DNA from: Bdellovibrionia bacterium
GTDB lineage: Bacteria > Bdellovibrionota > UBA1018
Direction: 5' to 3'
Assembly: GCA_049424145.1 (NCBI GenBank)
Contig: JBMSSC010000007.1
Coordinates: 1-42,364, forward strand
Length of the DNA stretch: 42,364 nt
Positions 1 through 10,247 of the stretch are shown piece after piece. The stretch's first letter is position 1, and every line of letters begins with the position of its first letter. Under the pieces are notes generated by a model. The model did no database searches. It had not been told where the DNA came from and worked only from the letters and a program-made list of their open reading frames with translations. The position numbers and the translations under genes were made by a program.

Positions 1-57
1 GCGGGAACCTCAAAACATTGCAATGCTTTTTTTAAAAAAAATGAAACTTTTTTTTGT

Positions 58-1089
58 TTAGCCAAAAATGAGGTTGGTTTTTGATCGCTCAAAAACCAAG
101 GCACGCCACTCGCCGTGAGTAAAAATCTTACCACCTTTTTTCCCCAAAAGCCGCTCGTAGCAATCCAAGACAGGGGCCACATCCGCCTCAATGAGTCCCG
201 AAAGAATCAAGATCCCATCCTCCTCCAGTCGATCCACGAGACTCGAGGCGACTTCCAGAAGGACCGGTTTTAAAATGTTGGCCACAATGAGACGAAACCG
301 ATTTCTGTCATTTCCAGAGGAGTCCACGGAGTGTTTGGGCAGATGATCGGAGAAGTGAATTTGAGATTCCACCTCATTGAGAGCAGCATTCTCCAAAGCA
401 TTATCTACCGCTAGAGAATCCACCTCCACAGCTAAAACCTGAGCTCCCAGTTGAGCTAGCCCAATCGAAAGAATGCCTGAACCACTCCCAAAGTCTAAAA
501 CCCTTTGACCCTGAAGCGAACGCTTCTGAGCAGATTCCCCAATCAACTTAAGGCACAATTGCGTTGTTTCATGAGTTCCCGTTCCAAATCCCGCGCCAGG
601 ATTAATTCGAATCGCACGCTCACCGGACACAGGCTTCGCCCAGGGGGGAATAATTCTCCAAAACGGCTCAATGAAGACCCCTGCTCCCGCATTGAGAAAC
701 GAAGCCTTCCAATCCGCATCCCAGTCCTGCTCCTTCTGTTCGCGGATCCCTTGCGGCTTCACTCCTCCCACCTGGGACAAAATCCCCTGAGCCCTCTCGG
801 CTTGCTCATCACTTGCAAAGTAAAGCTCCACCTCAGCACACGCCTGATCCGCAACCCAGTCTCTTTCTCGAGGAGCCAAGGCCGAATCCACCGTCCAAGA
901 ATCCGTCTCATAGCCCTGCTCAGCTGCCTGCTCGGAGAGAAGCGTACCCTCATGAATCCCCAAAAGCCCTGACTCTGCAAACTGAGCCCAAACCCAGCCT
1001 AAAAACTCATCTCGATCCAAAGCCTGCGAGGAACTTAAAACTTGAACCTGCTGAGCCACTTGCACTCGAAGAACATAAGTTGATGCCAT
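58..1089 (-). CDS. prmA: 50S ribosomal protein L11 methyltransferase
   Basis: Motifs DWDADWK, INPGAGFGTGTHETT, SAM-binding VLDFGSGSGIL, IVANIL and LILSGL; AGGAG Shine-Dalgarno (SD) upstream; divergent N-terminus. Confidence 0.92.
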   Translation of the reverse strand: MASTYVLRVQVAQQVQVLSSSQALDRDEFLGWVWAQFAESGLLGIHEGTLLSEQAAEQGYETDSWTVDSALAPRERDWVADQACAEVELYFASDEQAERAQGILSQVGGVKPQGIREQKEQDWDADWKASFLNAGAGVFIEPFWRIIPPWAKPVSGERAIRINPGAGFGTGTHETTQLCLKLIGESAQKRSLQGQRVLDFGSGSGILSIGLAQLGAQVLAVEVDSLAVDNALENAALNEVESQIHFSDHLPKHSVDSSGNDRNRFRLIVANILKPVLLEVASSLVDRLEEDGILILSGLIEADVAPVLDCYERLLGKKGGKIFTHGEWRALVFERSKTNLIFG

Positions 1090-1107
1090 CTGATTTTACT
1101 CCTACCT

Positions 1108-1147
1108 AAAAAAATTTGGGGTTTGACCGTTGGATCGGCCAAACCCC
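1108..1147 (-). terminator. Probable intrinsic terminator or stability hairpin between rne and prmA
   Basis: Minus strand reads GGGGTTTGGCCG-ATCCAA-CGGTCAAACCCC followed by AAATTTTTTT. Confidence 0.55.
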
Positions 1148-1239
1148 TCATGCTGTTCAATTCACTGAATTCTTTTCAGACCCCGGGGTCTGTAATCTCA
1201 CGGTGAGACACTCCGAATCGAATCGGAGAAAAATAAACC

Positions 1240-4200
1240 TCACTCCGCTCCTCCGGAAGCCCCTCCCGAGCCCCCTTCATCGGATCGACCGCGAGACTCA
1301 CCTGCTGCTGCCACCACTGGGACAGCCACCGACGAAGGCGCGCTGAGCGCGACTCCTGAATCTCGATTCCCCTGCTCTTGCCATTTGTTGCCCGAGGAAT
1401 TGCCGCCAAACTGCCGAGAGGAACGATTTTGCTGACGATCACGATCCCCCCCTCGTCGAAACTTCCCACCCCGACGAGCGTTTCGAGTTGATCTTCGCCC
1501 CCCGCCGCCATTTCCTGATCGTTCACCTCGATTGGAGTTCTCTCCCCCTCGCTGTCCACCCGCCCTCGCATTGGCTTGAGGATGATGAGCAGTTCCGAGA
1601 CGAGCTAAAGCCGCATCCTGAGCCGCTTGAGCTCGTAAAAAGGCGAGACGATCTTCTTCATCAAAAAAGCCATCACTCGATGGGTCAGTGTCTGCCGGTG
1701 CCACGGAAGGAGCCTGAGAAACGACTTCCTGAGGCTGAATCTCAGGAGAGAGGACTCTCTTTTTTTCTTGAGCTGCTTCCGAATTGACCGACTGCACAGG
1801 TCGAACCACCACCTCACGAGCCCCACCGTCGGAAGAGCCACTCGCCCCCCCGCTCTGCTGATGAGAGCCGTGATGGTGCTCACGACGCGTTTTCTCGCGA
1901 TTCCGATGCCGATGCCGCTCCGAATGATGCTCACGTGATGAGTCTGAAGAGGACCGATCCGAAGCCGAGTCATCTCGCAACCGATCGGGCTTACTCACTT
2001 TATCCGCTGAAACTTCAAACTGCTCAGCATGGTAGTCATTCACCGCTTGAAGGTAAATGGACTTCCGATAACGCCTCTCGAGTTGATCCAAGGTTTCCCT
2101 CTCATCGATGGCTAAAATATCAATCACATCAGGATGAGCTTGCACCAAGATCTTGCTGGTTTCTCGATCAATTCCTGCGCGCTCAATCTCACGAAGCGCT
2201 TCGTAGGCCACGGTTTGCTTGCTTTTAATAAACCCTTTCCCCTCGCAGTGCGTGCAGGACTCACACAGAGAGCGCACAATCGTGTCTCGAGTCCGTTTTC
2301 GAGTCATTTCAATTAAGCCCAACTCAGAGATTTTTAAAATCGTTGGACGCGCTCGATCCCGTGAAAGGGCATCTTCTAAGGCCCGATACACCCGACGCTT
2401 GTTCTCATCTTTCTCCATATCAATGAGATCGATAATGATAATCCCGCCACAGTTGCGCAGACGGAGCTGATAGGCGATCTCTTGAACCGCTTCCAGATTC
2501 GTCTTTAAAATCGTGTCTTCCAGATTCTTCTTACCCACATACCGGCCCGTATTAACATCAATCGCCACTAAAGCTTCTGCTTGATCAATGACGATGTAGC
2601 CACCGGATTTGAGCCAAACCTTGCGCTCCAGAGCCCGCGAAAGCTCCGTTGAGATCCCATAAGCATCAAAAATGGGGATATCTCCATGGTAGAGATCCAC
2701 TTTTTGCTTCAACGACGGCATGAAATGGGAAACAAAGCGCTGAATTTCATTAAAGTGGTACCGAGAGTCAACAATCACCTTATCAATTTCTTCAGTCACC
2801 CAGTCACGAATGGCTCTTAAAACGGCGTTCAGATCCTCATAAACCAGCGCTGGAGCCGTCGCAGAGGCCGCTTTTTCCTTAATCTCTGACCAAAGACGCG
2901 TCAGATAGTCAATGTCTTGCTTGATTCTCTTTTCTGACTGCTGCCTCCCGCTTGCCGTACGAACAATGAACCCTAAGTTTCTGGGCCGATTTCTCTCCAC
3001 AAACTCCCGGAGACGACGACGCTCATCCTCCCGCTCAATTCGACGAGAGACCCCCACGTGATCAATCGTGGGCATACAAACCAGATGCCTCCCCGGTAAA
3101 CTAATGTGACACGTCAAGCGAGCCCCTTTTGTCGCAATAGGATCCTTTGCGACTTGCACCAGCACTTCTTGACCTTCTTTGAGCAAATCTTGAATATTCA
3201 CCTGACCACGCGCGGGCCTACTGGCTGCTTTGGGTCGAATTCTTCGATCTCGTCCCCGCTGAGCTTGAAACTCAGAGCGATCACTCGAGGGGACCACCAC
3301 ACGACGCTCCGTTGCACCCTCTGCCTGAGGAGCCTCAGGCCGCCCCTGGGACGAAGCCTCCACCGCGAGCTGCTCTCCCTGCTGGGTTGCCATCAAATTG
3401 GACCGATCAGAATCACTTTTTCCCGTGTCAGCCACGTGTTCATGATAGTTCTCAGGGTAGCTCTCTGGATTTCTCTCAGGCGACTTGCCTCGTGAAGATC
3501 CGGATCCATGTCCTGAGGAATTGCCTTGAGCTGAGGCGTTCTTTCGCATTCTTCCGCCTCGTCGACTTCTCCGATGACGCCTACGCGCGGGACCTGCCCC
3601 CACATCTCCTTCTTCAGAAGCCCCAGCTGATGGGCCTTCTGACTTTTCACTGACCTCAGCTCCCCCATCTTGAGGCAGAGAATCCGCTCTAGACTCAGGA
3701 GCAAGAGTCCCCTCAGGCTGATCCTTGGGAGATGAGGAATCCCCGTCTGAGTCGTTTGGATCAGCTGCCATTTTCTGAGGCGTTCCACTTTCGTCTTCAT
3801 CCTCTTCATCATCTTGAGGATCTCCGTAGTCCTGAACCAAATCCGAATCAGAGATGGATTGCTCGGAATCTTCTAAAGAGTGCGCCAAAGTCCCTCTCGA
3901 ATCCAAGGGAAGAGGATCCAAGCGATTGCCAATGGAATCCTCAGGCATTTCTTCAAACCCCGAACTCTCCTGCACACCCGAATGACCTTCAGAACTCATC
4001 TGAGAAGCAGACTCCGGCATCGATTCGGCAACGCCTTCTTCAGAGGACTCCTGTAAAGCAGCTGGAGCAGAACCTCCCTCGGCAACTTCTGTCTTCAAAG
4101 GACGAATCTTCACCGGGCTAGCATCACCTGAAGCGCCTTGAGAGTCCTCTGCTTGAATCTCCGCTAAGGCACGGCCCGCTGGAGCTGCTCCCTCTTCTTC

Positions 4201-4449
4201 TTCCCAAAGCTCGGAGTGAACGTACACATCATCGACATAAAGAAATGCTGCTTTTTCAAGACCAATATCAACAAAGGCGGCCTGCATTCCCGGAAGAACT
4301 CGAGTCACGCGGCCTTTGTATATATTTCCAACAATCCCTTTTCCCGAAGCCCGCTCAATGAGGAGCTCTTGAATCTCCCCATCCTCCATCAACGCAATTC
4401 GAGTCTCTGGTAAAGACGCATTTATAATTAATTCATTCGCCATGGGCAC
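1240..4449 (-). CDS. rne: Rne/Rng family ribonuclease (RNase E/G) with a long acidic insert in the S1 domain and a disordered C-terminal tail
   Basis: GNIYKGRVTRVLPGMQAAFVDIG, EGQEVLVQVAKDP, AIDVNTGRY, RLRNCGGIIIIDLIDM, GLIEMTRKR, Zn-link CTHCEGKG. Confidence 0.93.
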   Translation of the reverse strand: MPMANELIINASLPETRIALMEDGEIQELLIERASGKGIVGNIYKGRVTRVLPGMQAAFVDIGLEKAAFLYVDDVYVHSELWEEEEGAAPAGRALAEIQAEDSQGASGDASPVKIRPLKTEVAEGGSAPAALQESSEEGVAESMPESASQMSSEGHSGVQESSGFEEMPEDSIGNRLDPLPLDSRGTLAHSLEDSEQSISDSDLVQDYGDPQDDEEDEDESGTPQKMAADPNDSDGDSSSPKDQPEGTLAPESRADSLPQDGGAEVSEKSEGPSAGASEEGDVGAGPARRRHRRSRRGGRMRKNASAQGNSSGHGSGSSRGKSPERNPESYPENYHEHVADTGKSDSDRSNLMATQQGEQLAVEASSQGRPEAPQAEGATERRVVVPSSDRSEFQAQRGRDRRIRPKAASRPARGQVNIQDLLKEGQEVLVQVAKDPIATKGARLTCHISLPGRHLVCMPTIDHVGVSRRIEREDERRRLREFVERNRPRNLGFIVRTASGRQQSEKRIKQDIDYLTRLWSEIKEKAASATAPALVYEDLNAVLRAIRDWVTEEIDKVIVDSRYHFNEIQRFVSHFMPSLKQKVDLYHGDIPIFDAYGISTELSRALERKVWLKSGGYIVIDQAEALVAIDVNTGRYVGKKNLEDTILKTNLEAVQEIAYQLRLRNCGGIIIIDLIDMEKDENKRRVYRALEDALSRDRARPTILKISELGLIEMTRKRTRDTIVRSLCESCTHCEGKGFIKSKQTVAYEALREIERAGIDRETSKILVQAHPDVIDILAIDERETLDQLERRYRKSIYLQAVNDYHAEQFEVSADKVSKPDRLRDDSASDRSSSDSSREHHSERHRHRNREKTRREHHHGSHQQSGGASGSSDGGAREVVVRPVQSVNSEAAQEKKRVLSPEIQPQEVVSQAPSVAPADTDPSSDGFFDEEDRLAFLRAQAAQDAALARLGTAHHPQANARAGGQRGGENSNRGERSGNGGGGRRSTRNARRGGKFRRGGDRDRQQNRSSRQFGGNSSGNKWQEQGNRDSGVALSAPSSVAVPVVAAAGESRGRSDEGGSGGASGGAE

Positions 4450-5390
4450 TCCCGTTCAATGGTATTTCTACCCAGTTAGGGAAACCGAAGACACACAAAA
4501 GACGGGGTGGCAATCAAACCCACTTAACTGATTTGGATCTGAAAGGGATTCTGAAGCGTAAATAAACGTTGTGAAGCTGGATAACGCTTTCGAGGGTCCA
4601 GCGTTTTTTGATCTTCACACTGACCTCCAAAAGGATCTTTCCCTCTGGGACTCTTTAAATTTGTTCCTAGCTGATGATACAAGGGCAACGTCGATGCTCC
4701 CAAAAAACCATACCCGCGGCTTTATTTTGCAACGCCACCGGTTTCTTAAAATTTTTTTCTCCCGAAGTGGGGCAGTTTATCAGGCAGCGTAGAATGCTGT
4801 TAAAGACAGTCCATTTCTTGGCAACCCTTAAGTCTCAGTCGAATTTTACTTTTCGACTGTTATTATGAATCAGTGTAGCTAATCTACTATGACACTTCAA
4901 GTAAAAAATCCGAGGCGAAAACTGCCCTGAGCGCTGGAGATCTGGACTGATTGCGCTCTGCATTAAGACTGAGCCCATTTCCCACACCCCCCTCAGTGGA
5001 TTGAACGACGAACCACGAGCCGCTGACAAACCCAGGCACAGAACTCAAAACCAACCCAGAAATTTCATTCATCCCACGGCAAGCTTCCTTGATCAAAAAA
5101 CACAGCTCAGCTAAACAGAGGGGGAAGCATGTTGAATTCGAACTCGGACAAGTCGACTGCCCAAGGAGAGAAGAACCTGACTCAAGCCTTCGATGATTTA
5201 AAATTCTCAGAGCTCACCGAGCTTCAGCCAAACGACTTCCCTGAGAGACCGTGTCTAGTCCTTTCCGGCCAAGGGAAAAGAGCGCACGTAAAAATCCCAG
5301 ACCCTCCTTTTTTTAGGTCTTTTTCAAGCCGTTTTCCCCTTTTGATTCAGCCAATACCGAACGCCAACTACAACAGGAGAATCCCTGAGC

Positions 5391-6152
5391 ATGCCCCAAA
5401 ATCTAAATTCTAACCCAGACTTATCCCACCTCTCCCGCGCACCGGATTCCATCCCACTGGATTCCTCGTCCTTAGCCCAGCTCATTGATCACACCCTTCT
5501 TAAACCCGATGCCACACGGGCCGAAATTGAACAACTCTGCCGAGAAGCCATGGAGTATGGATTTGCCACCGTTTGCATCAACCCGTCGCATCTCGATTGG
5601 GCGGCCCAACTGCTAAAAGGCTCATCGGTTAAGCCCATCGCTGTGGTCGGATTTCCCCTCGGAGCAAGCTCCTCCAGTTCAAAGGCTTTTGAAGCACAGG
5701 ACGCCATTGCTCGAGGCGCTCAAGAGATTGATATGGTCATCCATATTGGAGCCTTAAAAGAACGAAACTTCGCCCTAGTCTATGACGACATTAAAAAGGT
5801 GGTTGAAGCCTCAAGTCCGATTCCCGTCAAAGTGATCCTAGAGACCTGCCAACTGGATCAGGAACAAAAGATCATTGCATGTGCTCTTGCCAAAACCGCA
5901 GGAGCGGCCTACGTAAAAACCTCCACGGGTTTTGGAAAATCGGGAGCCACGCCTGAGGACATCCGTCTCATGAGGCGGGTCGTAGGCCCTGAGATGGGAG
6001 TCAAGGCGTCGGGCGGAATTAGGACGGAGGCAGACGCCCTAAAAATGATTGAAGCGGGGGCCTCTCGAATTGGAGCCTCAGCCAGTGTTGACATCGTCAC
6101 CCCTCGAAAGCTAAACGAGCAAAAATCAGAATCAACCCGGACTAAAGGATAA
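5391..6152 (+). CDS. deoC: Deoxyribose-phosphate aldolase
   Basis: [45 protein letters not shown]. Confidence 0.97.
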   Translation: MPQNLNSNPDLSHLSRAPDSIPLDSSSLAQLIDHTLLKPDATRAEIEQLCREAMEYGFATVCINPSHLDWAAQLLKGSSVKPIAVVGFPLGASSSSSKAFEAQDAIARGAQEIDMVIHIGALKERNFALVYDDIKKVVEASSPIPVKVILETCQLDQEQKIIACALAKTAGAAYVKTSTGFGKSGATPEDIRLMRRVVGPEMGVKASGGIRTEADALKMIEAGASRIGASASVDIVTPRKLNEQKSESTRTKG

Positions 6153-6154
6153 TC

Positions 6155-7438
6155 ATGAGCCCTTCAACCCAATCCCCTATTCAACCCAAATCCCCCCCTC
6201 GGTTCAAACGAGCCATTTGGATCGTGCTCGATGGCGTCGGTGCAGGGGCACTGCCTGACGCCCCAGATTATGGAGACGAGGGATCCAACACTTTAGGCAA
6301 CCTGGCTCAAGCGTACTTCAAAAAAACAGGAAAAACGCTCAACCTACCTCATCTCGAAAAGCTTGGACTGGGCAATCTCACGCCCATGCCTGGAGTGACT
6401 CCCAAAAAACCAGGCGAAGGGCATGGAGCCTTTGGCAAGGCCTTGGAAAAATCCAAGGGCAAGGATACAACCTCCGGACACTGGGAAATGGCAGGCCTGG
6501 TTTTGAAACAACCCTTTCCTACGTTTCCACACGGGTTTTCCCCTCCCATTCTCCAACGGTGGATCCAAGAAAATCAACTCCCCGGAATTTTAGGCAATTA
6601 CGCCGCCAGTGGGACCGAAATCATTGAGCAACTCGGAGAAGAACACATCAAAACAGGAAAACCCATTGTCTACACCAGTGCCGATAGTGTTTGGCAAGTG
6701 GCTGCGCACGAAGAGTTTTTTGGACTGGAGCGTTTGTATCAGATCTGCAAGTCGGCTCGAAAACTGGGTGATGAACTTCAAATCGGACGAGTCATTGCAA
6801 GGCCTTTTATTGGGAATCCAAGCCAAGGTACCCCCTTCAAGCGGACCTACCACCGCAAAGACTATGCACAGCCCCCGTTTGCCGAGACCTTTTTAGACCT
6901 CCTGCTCAGCCATCAGATCCCGACCGTGGGAATTGGCAAGATCTCCAACATTAATGCCTCCCAAGGAATTCAAACGAGCTTAGAAACCCAAGGGAACACC
7001 GATGGACTACAAGTCCTCCTCGAACAAATGGAGAAGACTTCATCTGGGCTCCTTTTTTGTAACCTCATTGACTTTGACATGCTCTACGGTCACCGACGGG
7101 ACGTTTTGGGATTTGCAGCCGCTTTAGAAGAGTTCGATGAGGCCTTAGGGCGTCTCATTCCCAAAATGAAGAACTCAGACCTGCTGGTCATCACGGCTGA
7201 TCACGGCAACGATCCCACGTTTCCAGGCACGGATCACACGCGTGAGTACATCCCCTGTCTTGCCTACTCCCCAGCTCAAACCCAACCCGGACCGGTGGAT
7301 CTGGGCATTCTTCAAAGCTTTGCCGATGCAGGAGCCACCTTGGTGCACGCCCTTTTAGGACAGCCCGCACATCAGCCTCACCTATCCGGCCAATCGTTTT
7401 TAAACCAACTGAGAATCGAGGTACCCAAATGGCCCTGA
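6155..7438 (+). CDS. deoB: Phosphopentomutase
   Basis: [63 protein letters not shown]. Confidence 0.97.
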   Translation: MSPSTQSPIQPKSPPRFKRAIWIVLDGVGAGALPDAPDYGDEGSNTLGNLAQAYFKKTGKTLNLPHLEKLGLGNLTPMPGVTPKKPGEGHGAFGKALEKSKGKDTTSGHWEMAGLVLKQPFPTFPHGFSPPILQRWIQENQLPGILGNYAASGTEIIEQLGEEHIKTGKPIVYTSADSVWQVAAHEEFFGLERLYQICKSARKLGDELQIGRVIARPFIGNPSQGTPFKRTYHRKDYAQPPFAETFLDLLLSHQIPTVGIGKISNINASQGIQTSLETQGNTDGLQVLLEQMEKTSSGLLFCNLIDFDMLYGHRRDVLGFAAALEEFDEALGRLIPKMKNSDLLVITADHGNDPTFPGTDHTREYIPCLAYSPAQTQPGPVDLGILQSFADAGATLVHALLGQPAHQPHLSGQSFLNQLRIEVPKWP

Positions 7439-8769
7439 GCTCTCTCACCCCTGCTCTGATTATCAAAAAAAAGCGAGACGGAAAAAAACTCTCCCGTGAG
7501 GAAATTTTTGACTTAATTGAGGGCTTAAGCACCCAGCCCGAAGCGACCGTCACCGACTATCAAATCAGTGCATTTCTCATGGCGGTTTACTTCTCGGGAA
7601 TGTCTTTAGATGAGACGGTCGCTCTGACTGAAGCGATGCTCAAAAGTGGTGAGCGCTATGATTTATCGCAAGTTCCAGGATTTAAAGTGGACAAACATTC
7701 CACAGGAGGAATTGGAGATAAGGTTTCATTAATCCTCGCTCCGCTGAGTGCTGCGTGTGGACTCAAGGTCCCCATGATGGCTGGACGGGGACTGGGATTT
7801 AGTGGAGGAACTCTGGACAAACTCGAATCCATCGAGGGCTTTAACGTTCGACTCACCCGTCCACAATTCGAAGCCATGCTGGAACGCGTCGGATGCGCCA
7901 TCATTGGCCAATCGGAGAAAATCGCCCCCGCCGATAAGAAGCTGTACGCCATCCGAGATGTTACAGCGACGGTCGAATGCCTTCCCTTAATCACAGCCTC
8001 CATCCTCTCGAAAAAGCTTGCCGAAGGAACGCAAGCCTTAGTGCTGGACGTCAAAGTCGGAAGCGGGGCATTCATGAAGACCCGAAAAGAGGCACGAGTT
8101 CTTGCGAAACGACTCATTCAAGTGGCCCAAAAGCTCAAACTTCCCACGCGAGCGGTTCTCACGGATATGAATCAACCCTTGGGGTATGCCGTGGGCAACT
8201 CCCTCGAAGTACAAGAGAGCATTGAAGTGTTAAGAAACGAGAAAAAGGACACCACCTGTTCAGCCGATTTAAAGGAGCTCAGCATTCACCTCTGCGCTCA
8301 AATGCTTGTGCTCAGTAAACAAGTCAAAACCCTGACTGAAGGGCGAAAACTAGTGCATACGAAGCTTTCCGACGGGAGCGCCTGGAAGATCTTCCAACAA
8401 ATGGTTCAATCTCAGGGCGGAAATTTAAAACAAATCTTAAATCCCTCTCTTCTTCCCAAGGCTCCCCATCAAGTGACATGGCGAGCAAAAAGATCTGGCT
8501 TTATTAGCAAAATTCAGACAGAAACGATTGGCCTGATTTTAATTGCTCTCGGCGGAGGCCGAAAAAAAGCCACCGATCGGATTGATCACTCGGTTGGACT
8601 AGTTTTTCATAAAAAGCTGGGAGCCAAGGTCCAAACAGGGCAGCCCTTAGTGACCGTTTATGCTCAAAAGCACACCGAGCTTGAACCGCTGGAGAAACTC
8701 TTCCAGCAGGCCATTGAGATCACGCAGGAGAGAAAACCGGTTCCAAAGCTCATCTTGGAACACGTGTAA
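7429..8769 (+). CDS. pdp: Pyrimidine-nucleoside/thymidine phosphorylase
   Basis: [56 protein letters not shown]; overlaps the 3' end of deoB. Confidence 0.95.
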   Translation: MALSSLTPALIIKKKRDGKKLSREEIFDLIEGLSTQPEATVTDYQISAFLMAVYFSGMSLDETVALTEAMLKSGERYDLSQVPGFKVDKHSTGGIGDKVSLILAPLSAACGLKVPMMAGRGLGFSGGTLDKLESIEGFNVRLTRPQFEAMLERVGCAIIGQSEKIAPADKKLYAIRDVTATVECLPLITASILSKKLAEGTQALVLDVKVGSGAFMKTRKEARVLAKRLIQVAQKLKLPTRAVLTDMNQPLGYAVGNSLEVQESIEVLRNEKKDTTCSADLKELSIHLCAQMLVLSKQVKTLTEGRKLVHTKLSDGSAWKIFQQMVQSQGGNLKQILNPSLLPKAPHQVTWRAKRSGFISKIQTETIGLILIALGGGRKKATDRIDHSVGLVFHKKLGAKVQTGQPLVTVYAQKHTELEPLEKLFQQAIEITQERKPVPKLILEHV

Positions 8770-8800
8770 ACCCGATGAAATGCAGAATGAAGGAAAAGCA

Positions 8801-9649
8801 ATGACCCCCCCACTCCATCCCTATGAAAAAATAAACGCCGCGATCGAAGCCATTCAAAAGCGATCGTCCCTAAAACCCCAGCTTGCTTTGGTTTTAGGCT
8901 CAGGCCTGGGATCCATTGCCGATGAAGTCACTGACCGAGTAGTCATTCCCTACTCGGAGATCCCTTATTTTCATCCCACTTCCGTTCAAGGCCATGCGGG
9001 CCAACTCATCTTAGGATCCATGAAAAACACCCCTGTGGTTTTGCTCGATGGACGCTTTCACCGCTATGAGGGTTACCCCTTGGAAGAGGTGGTCCTTCCT
9101 ACGCGGGTGGTCATTCGCTTGGGGATTCAAACGTTGATCTTAACTAATGCGGCAGGGGGGATTCAGACTCGCTTTCGACCGGGCGATGTCATGCTGATTG
9201 AGGATCACCTCAACCTGACGGGTGAAAACCCGCTGGTGGGAAAAAACCTCTCTGAGTTTGGCCCGCGTTTTCCTGACCTGACTGAAGTCTACAGCAAGAA
9301 AACCTTAGGCCTCTTTAAGGAATCGGCTCAGCATCTAGGCCTCACGGTCCACCAAGGCGTCTACGCAGGCCTCTTAGGTCCCTCTTATGAGACACCAGCA
9401 GAGGTCAGAATGCTCAGAACCTTAGGAGCAGACGCCGTGGGGATGTCCACCGTCTCCGAAGCCATTGCAGCCAAGCACATGGGAGTAGAAGTTGCGGCCA
9501 TGAGCTGCATTACGAATTTGGCCGCGGGGATCTCGCCCTCAGCTCTTTCGCATGACGAGGTCATTGAGCTTTCTCAAGTCGGTGCTGAGAAGATGAAAAA
9601 AATTCTCCTCCATGCCATTCCCAAGCTCAATGAGCATGGTAGACTCTAA
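8801..9649 (+). CDS. punA: Purine-nucleoside phosphorylase (trimeric PNP-I/XapA family)
   Basis: VLGSGLG, GRFHRYEG, LTNAAGG, GPSYETPAE, GADAVGMSTVSE, SCITNLAAG; start placed at ATG 8801 behind AAGGA (8780 is possible). Confidence 0.94.
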   Translation: MTPPLHPYEKINAAIEAIQKRSSLKPQLALVLGSGLGSIADEVTDRVVIPYSEIPYFHPTSVQGHAGQLILGSMKNTPVVLLDGRFHRYEGYPLEEVVLPTRVVIRLGIQTLILTNAAGGIQTRFRPGDVMLIEDHLNLTGENPLVGKNLSEFGPRFPDLTEVYSKKTLGLFKESAQHLGLTVHQGVYAGLLGPSYETPAEVRMLRTLGADAVGMSTVSEAIAAKHMGVEVAAMSCITNLAAGISPSALSHDEVIELSQVGAEKMKKILLHAIPKLNEHGRL

Positions 9650-9652
9650 TCC

Positions 9653-10204
9653 ATGAAGCGTTCTTTTCACCCGGATCGTTTGGCCACCCAGGCCCCTTCG
9701 TCTCCCTCGAGAAGGCGGACGAAAAAACAGACCTCCACGCGCAATCCGACCCCGGGCCCCTCTCAAATGAAGCCCATCGGATCCCGCGCAATGCCTTCAT
9801 CGGTTAAAAAGCTCTACGAGGTTGCTTTAGAGTATCGATCTCGTTCCTATTCCCCCTACAGCCAATGCAAAGTGGGATCGGCTCTAAAAACCCATCGCGG
9901 AAAAATCTATGGTGGCTGCAACGTGGAGAATGCCTCATTTGGGGCAACCATCTGTGCAGAACGCTCGGCCGTTTTAAAAGCCGTGGGGAACGAAGGCGCC
10001 ATTCAGATTCGAGAGATCCTGGTGGTCACCGATGCTTCCCCCCCGTGGAGTCCCTGCGGCCTCTGTCGACAAGTGCTCTCGGAGTTTAGCCACGACCTCG
10101 TGGTTCACTTAACGAATACGAAGGGTCACTTTGAGTCCGTGGCCTTCAGTGATCTTTTTCCCAGAAGCTTTAATCACCAACAGATCAAAAAACCGACATC
10201 TTAA
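9653..10204 (+). CDS. cdd: Cytidine deaminase (homotetrameric type)
   Basis: YSPYS, GCNVENASF, CAERSA, PCGLCRQ; start uncertain because of a low-complexity basic N-terminus (later ATGs are possible). Confidence 0.93.
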   Translation: MKRSFHPDRLATQAPSSPSRRRTKKQTSTRNPTPGPSQMKPIGSRAMPSSVKKLYEVALEYRSRSYSPYSQCKVGSALKTHRGKIYGGCNVENASFGATICAERSAVLKAVGNEGAIQIREILVVTDASPPWSPCGLCRQVLSEFSHDLVVHLTNTKGHFESVAFSDLFPRSFNHQQIKKPTS

Positions 10205-10247
10205 GCACAGAGGACTTGGGGAGCATTTGAGAAAAAAAGGGGGAGCC

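Noticed and set aside
505..4121. Many antisense or alternate-frame ORFs over prmA and rne (and similarly over other genes)
   Set aside because: Shadow ORFs fully inside well-supported genes, with no recognisable motifs.
3200..4220. Intein in RNase E
   Set aside because: No C/S...HN splice termini or LAGLIDADG motifs; the composition is that of a disordered region.
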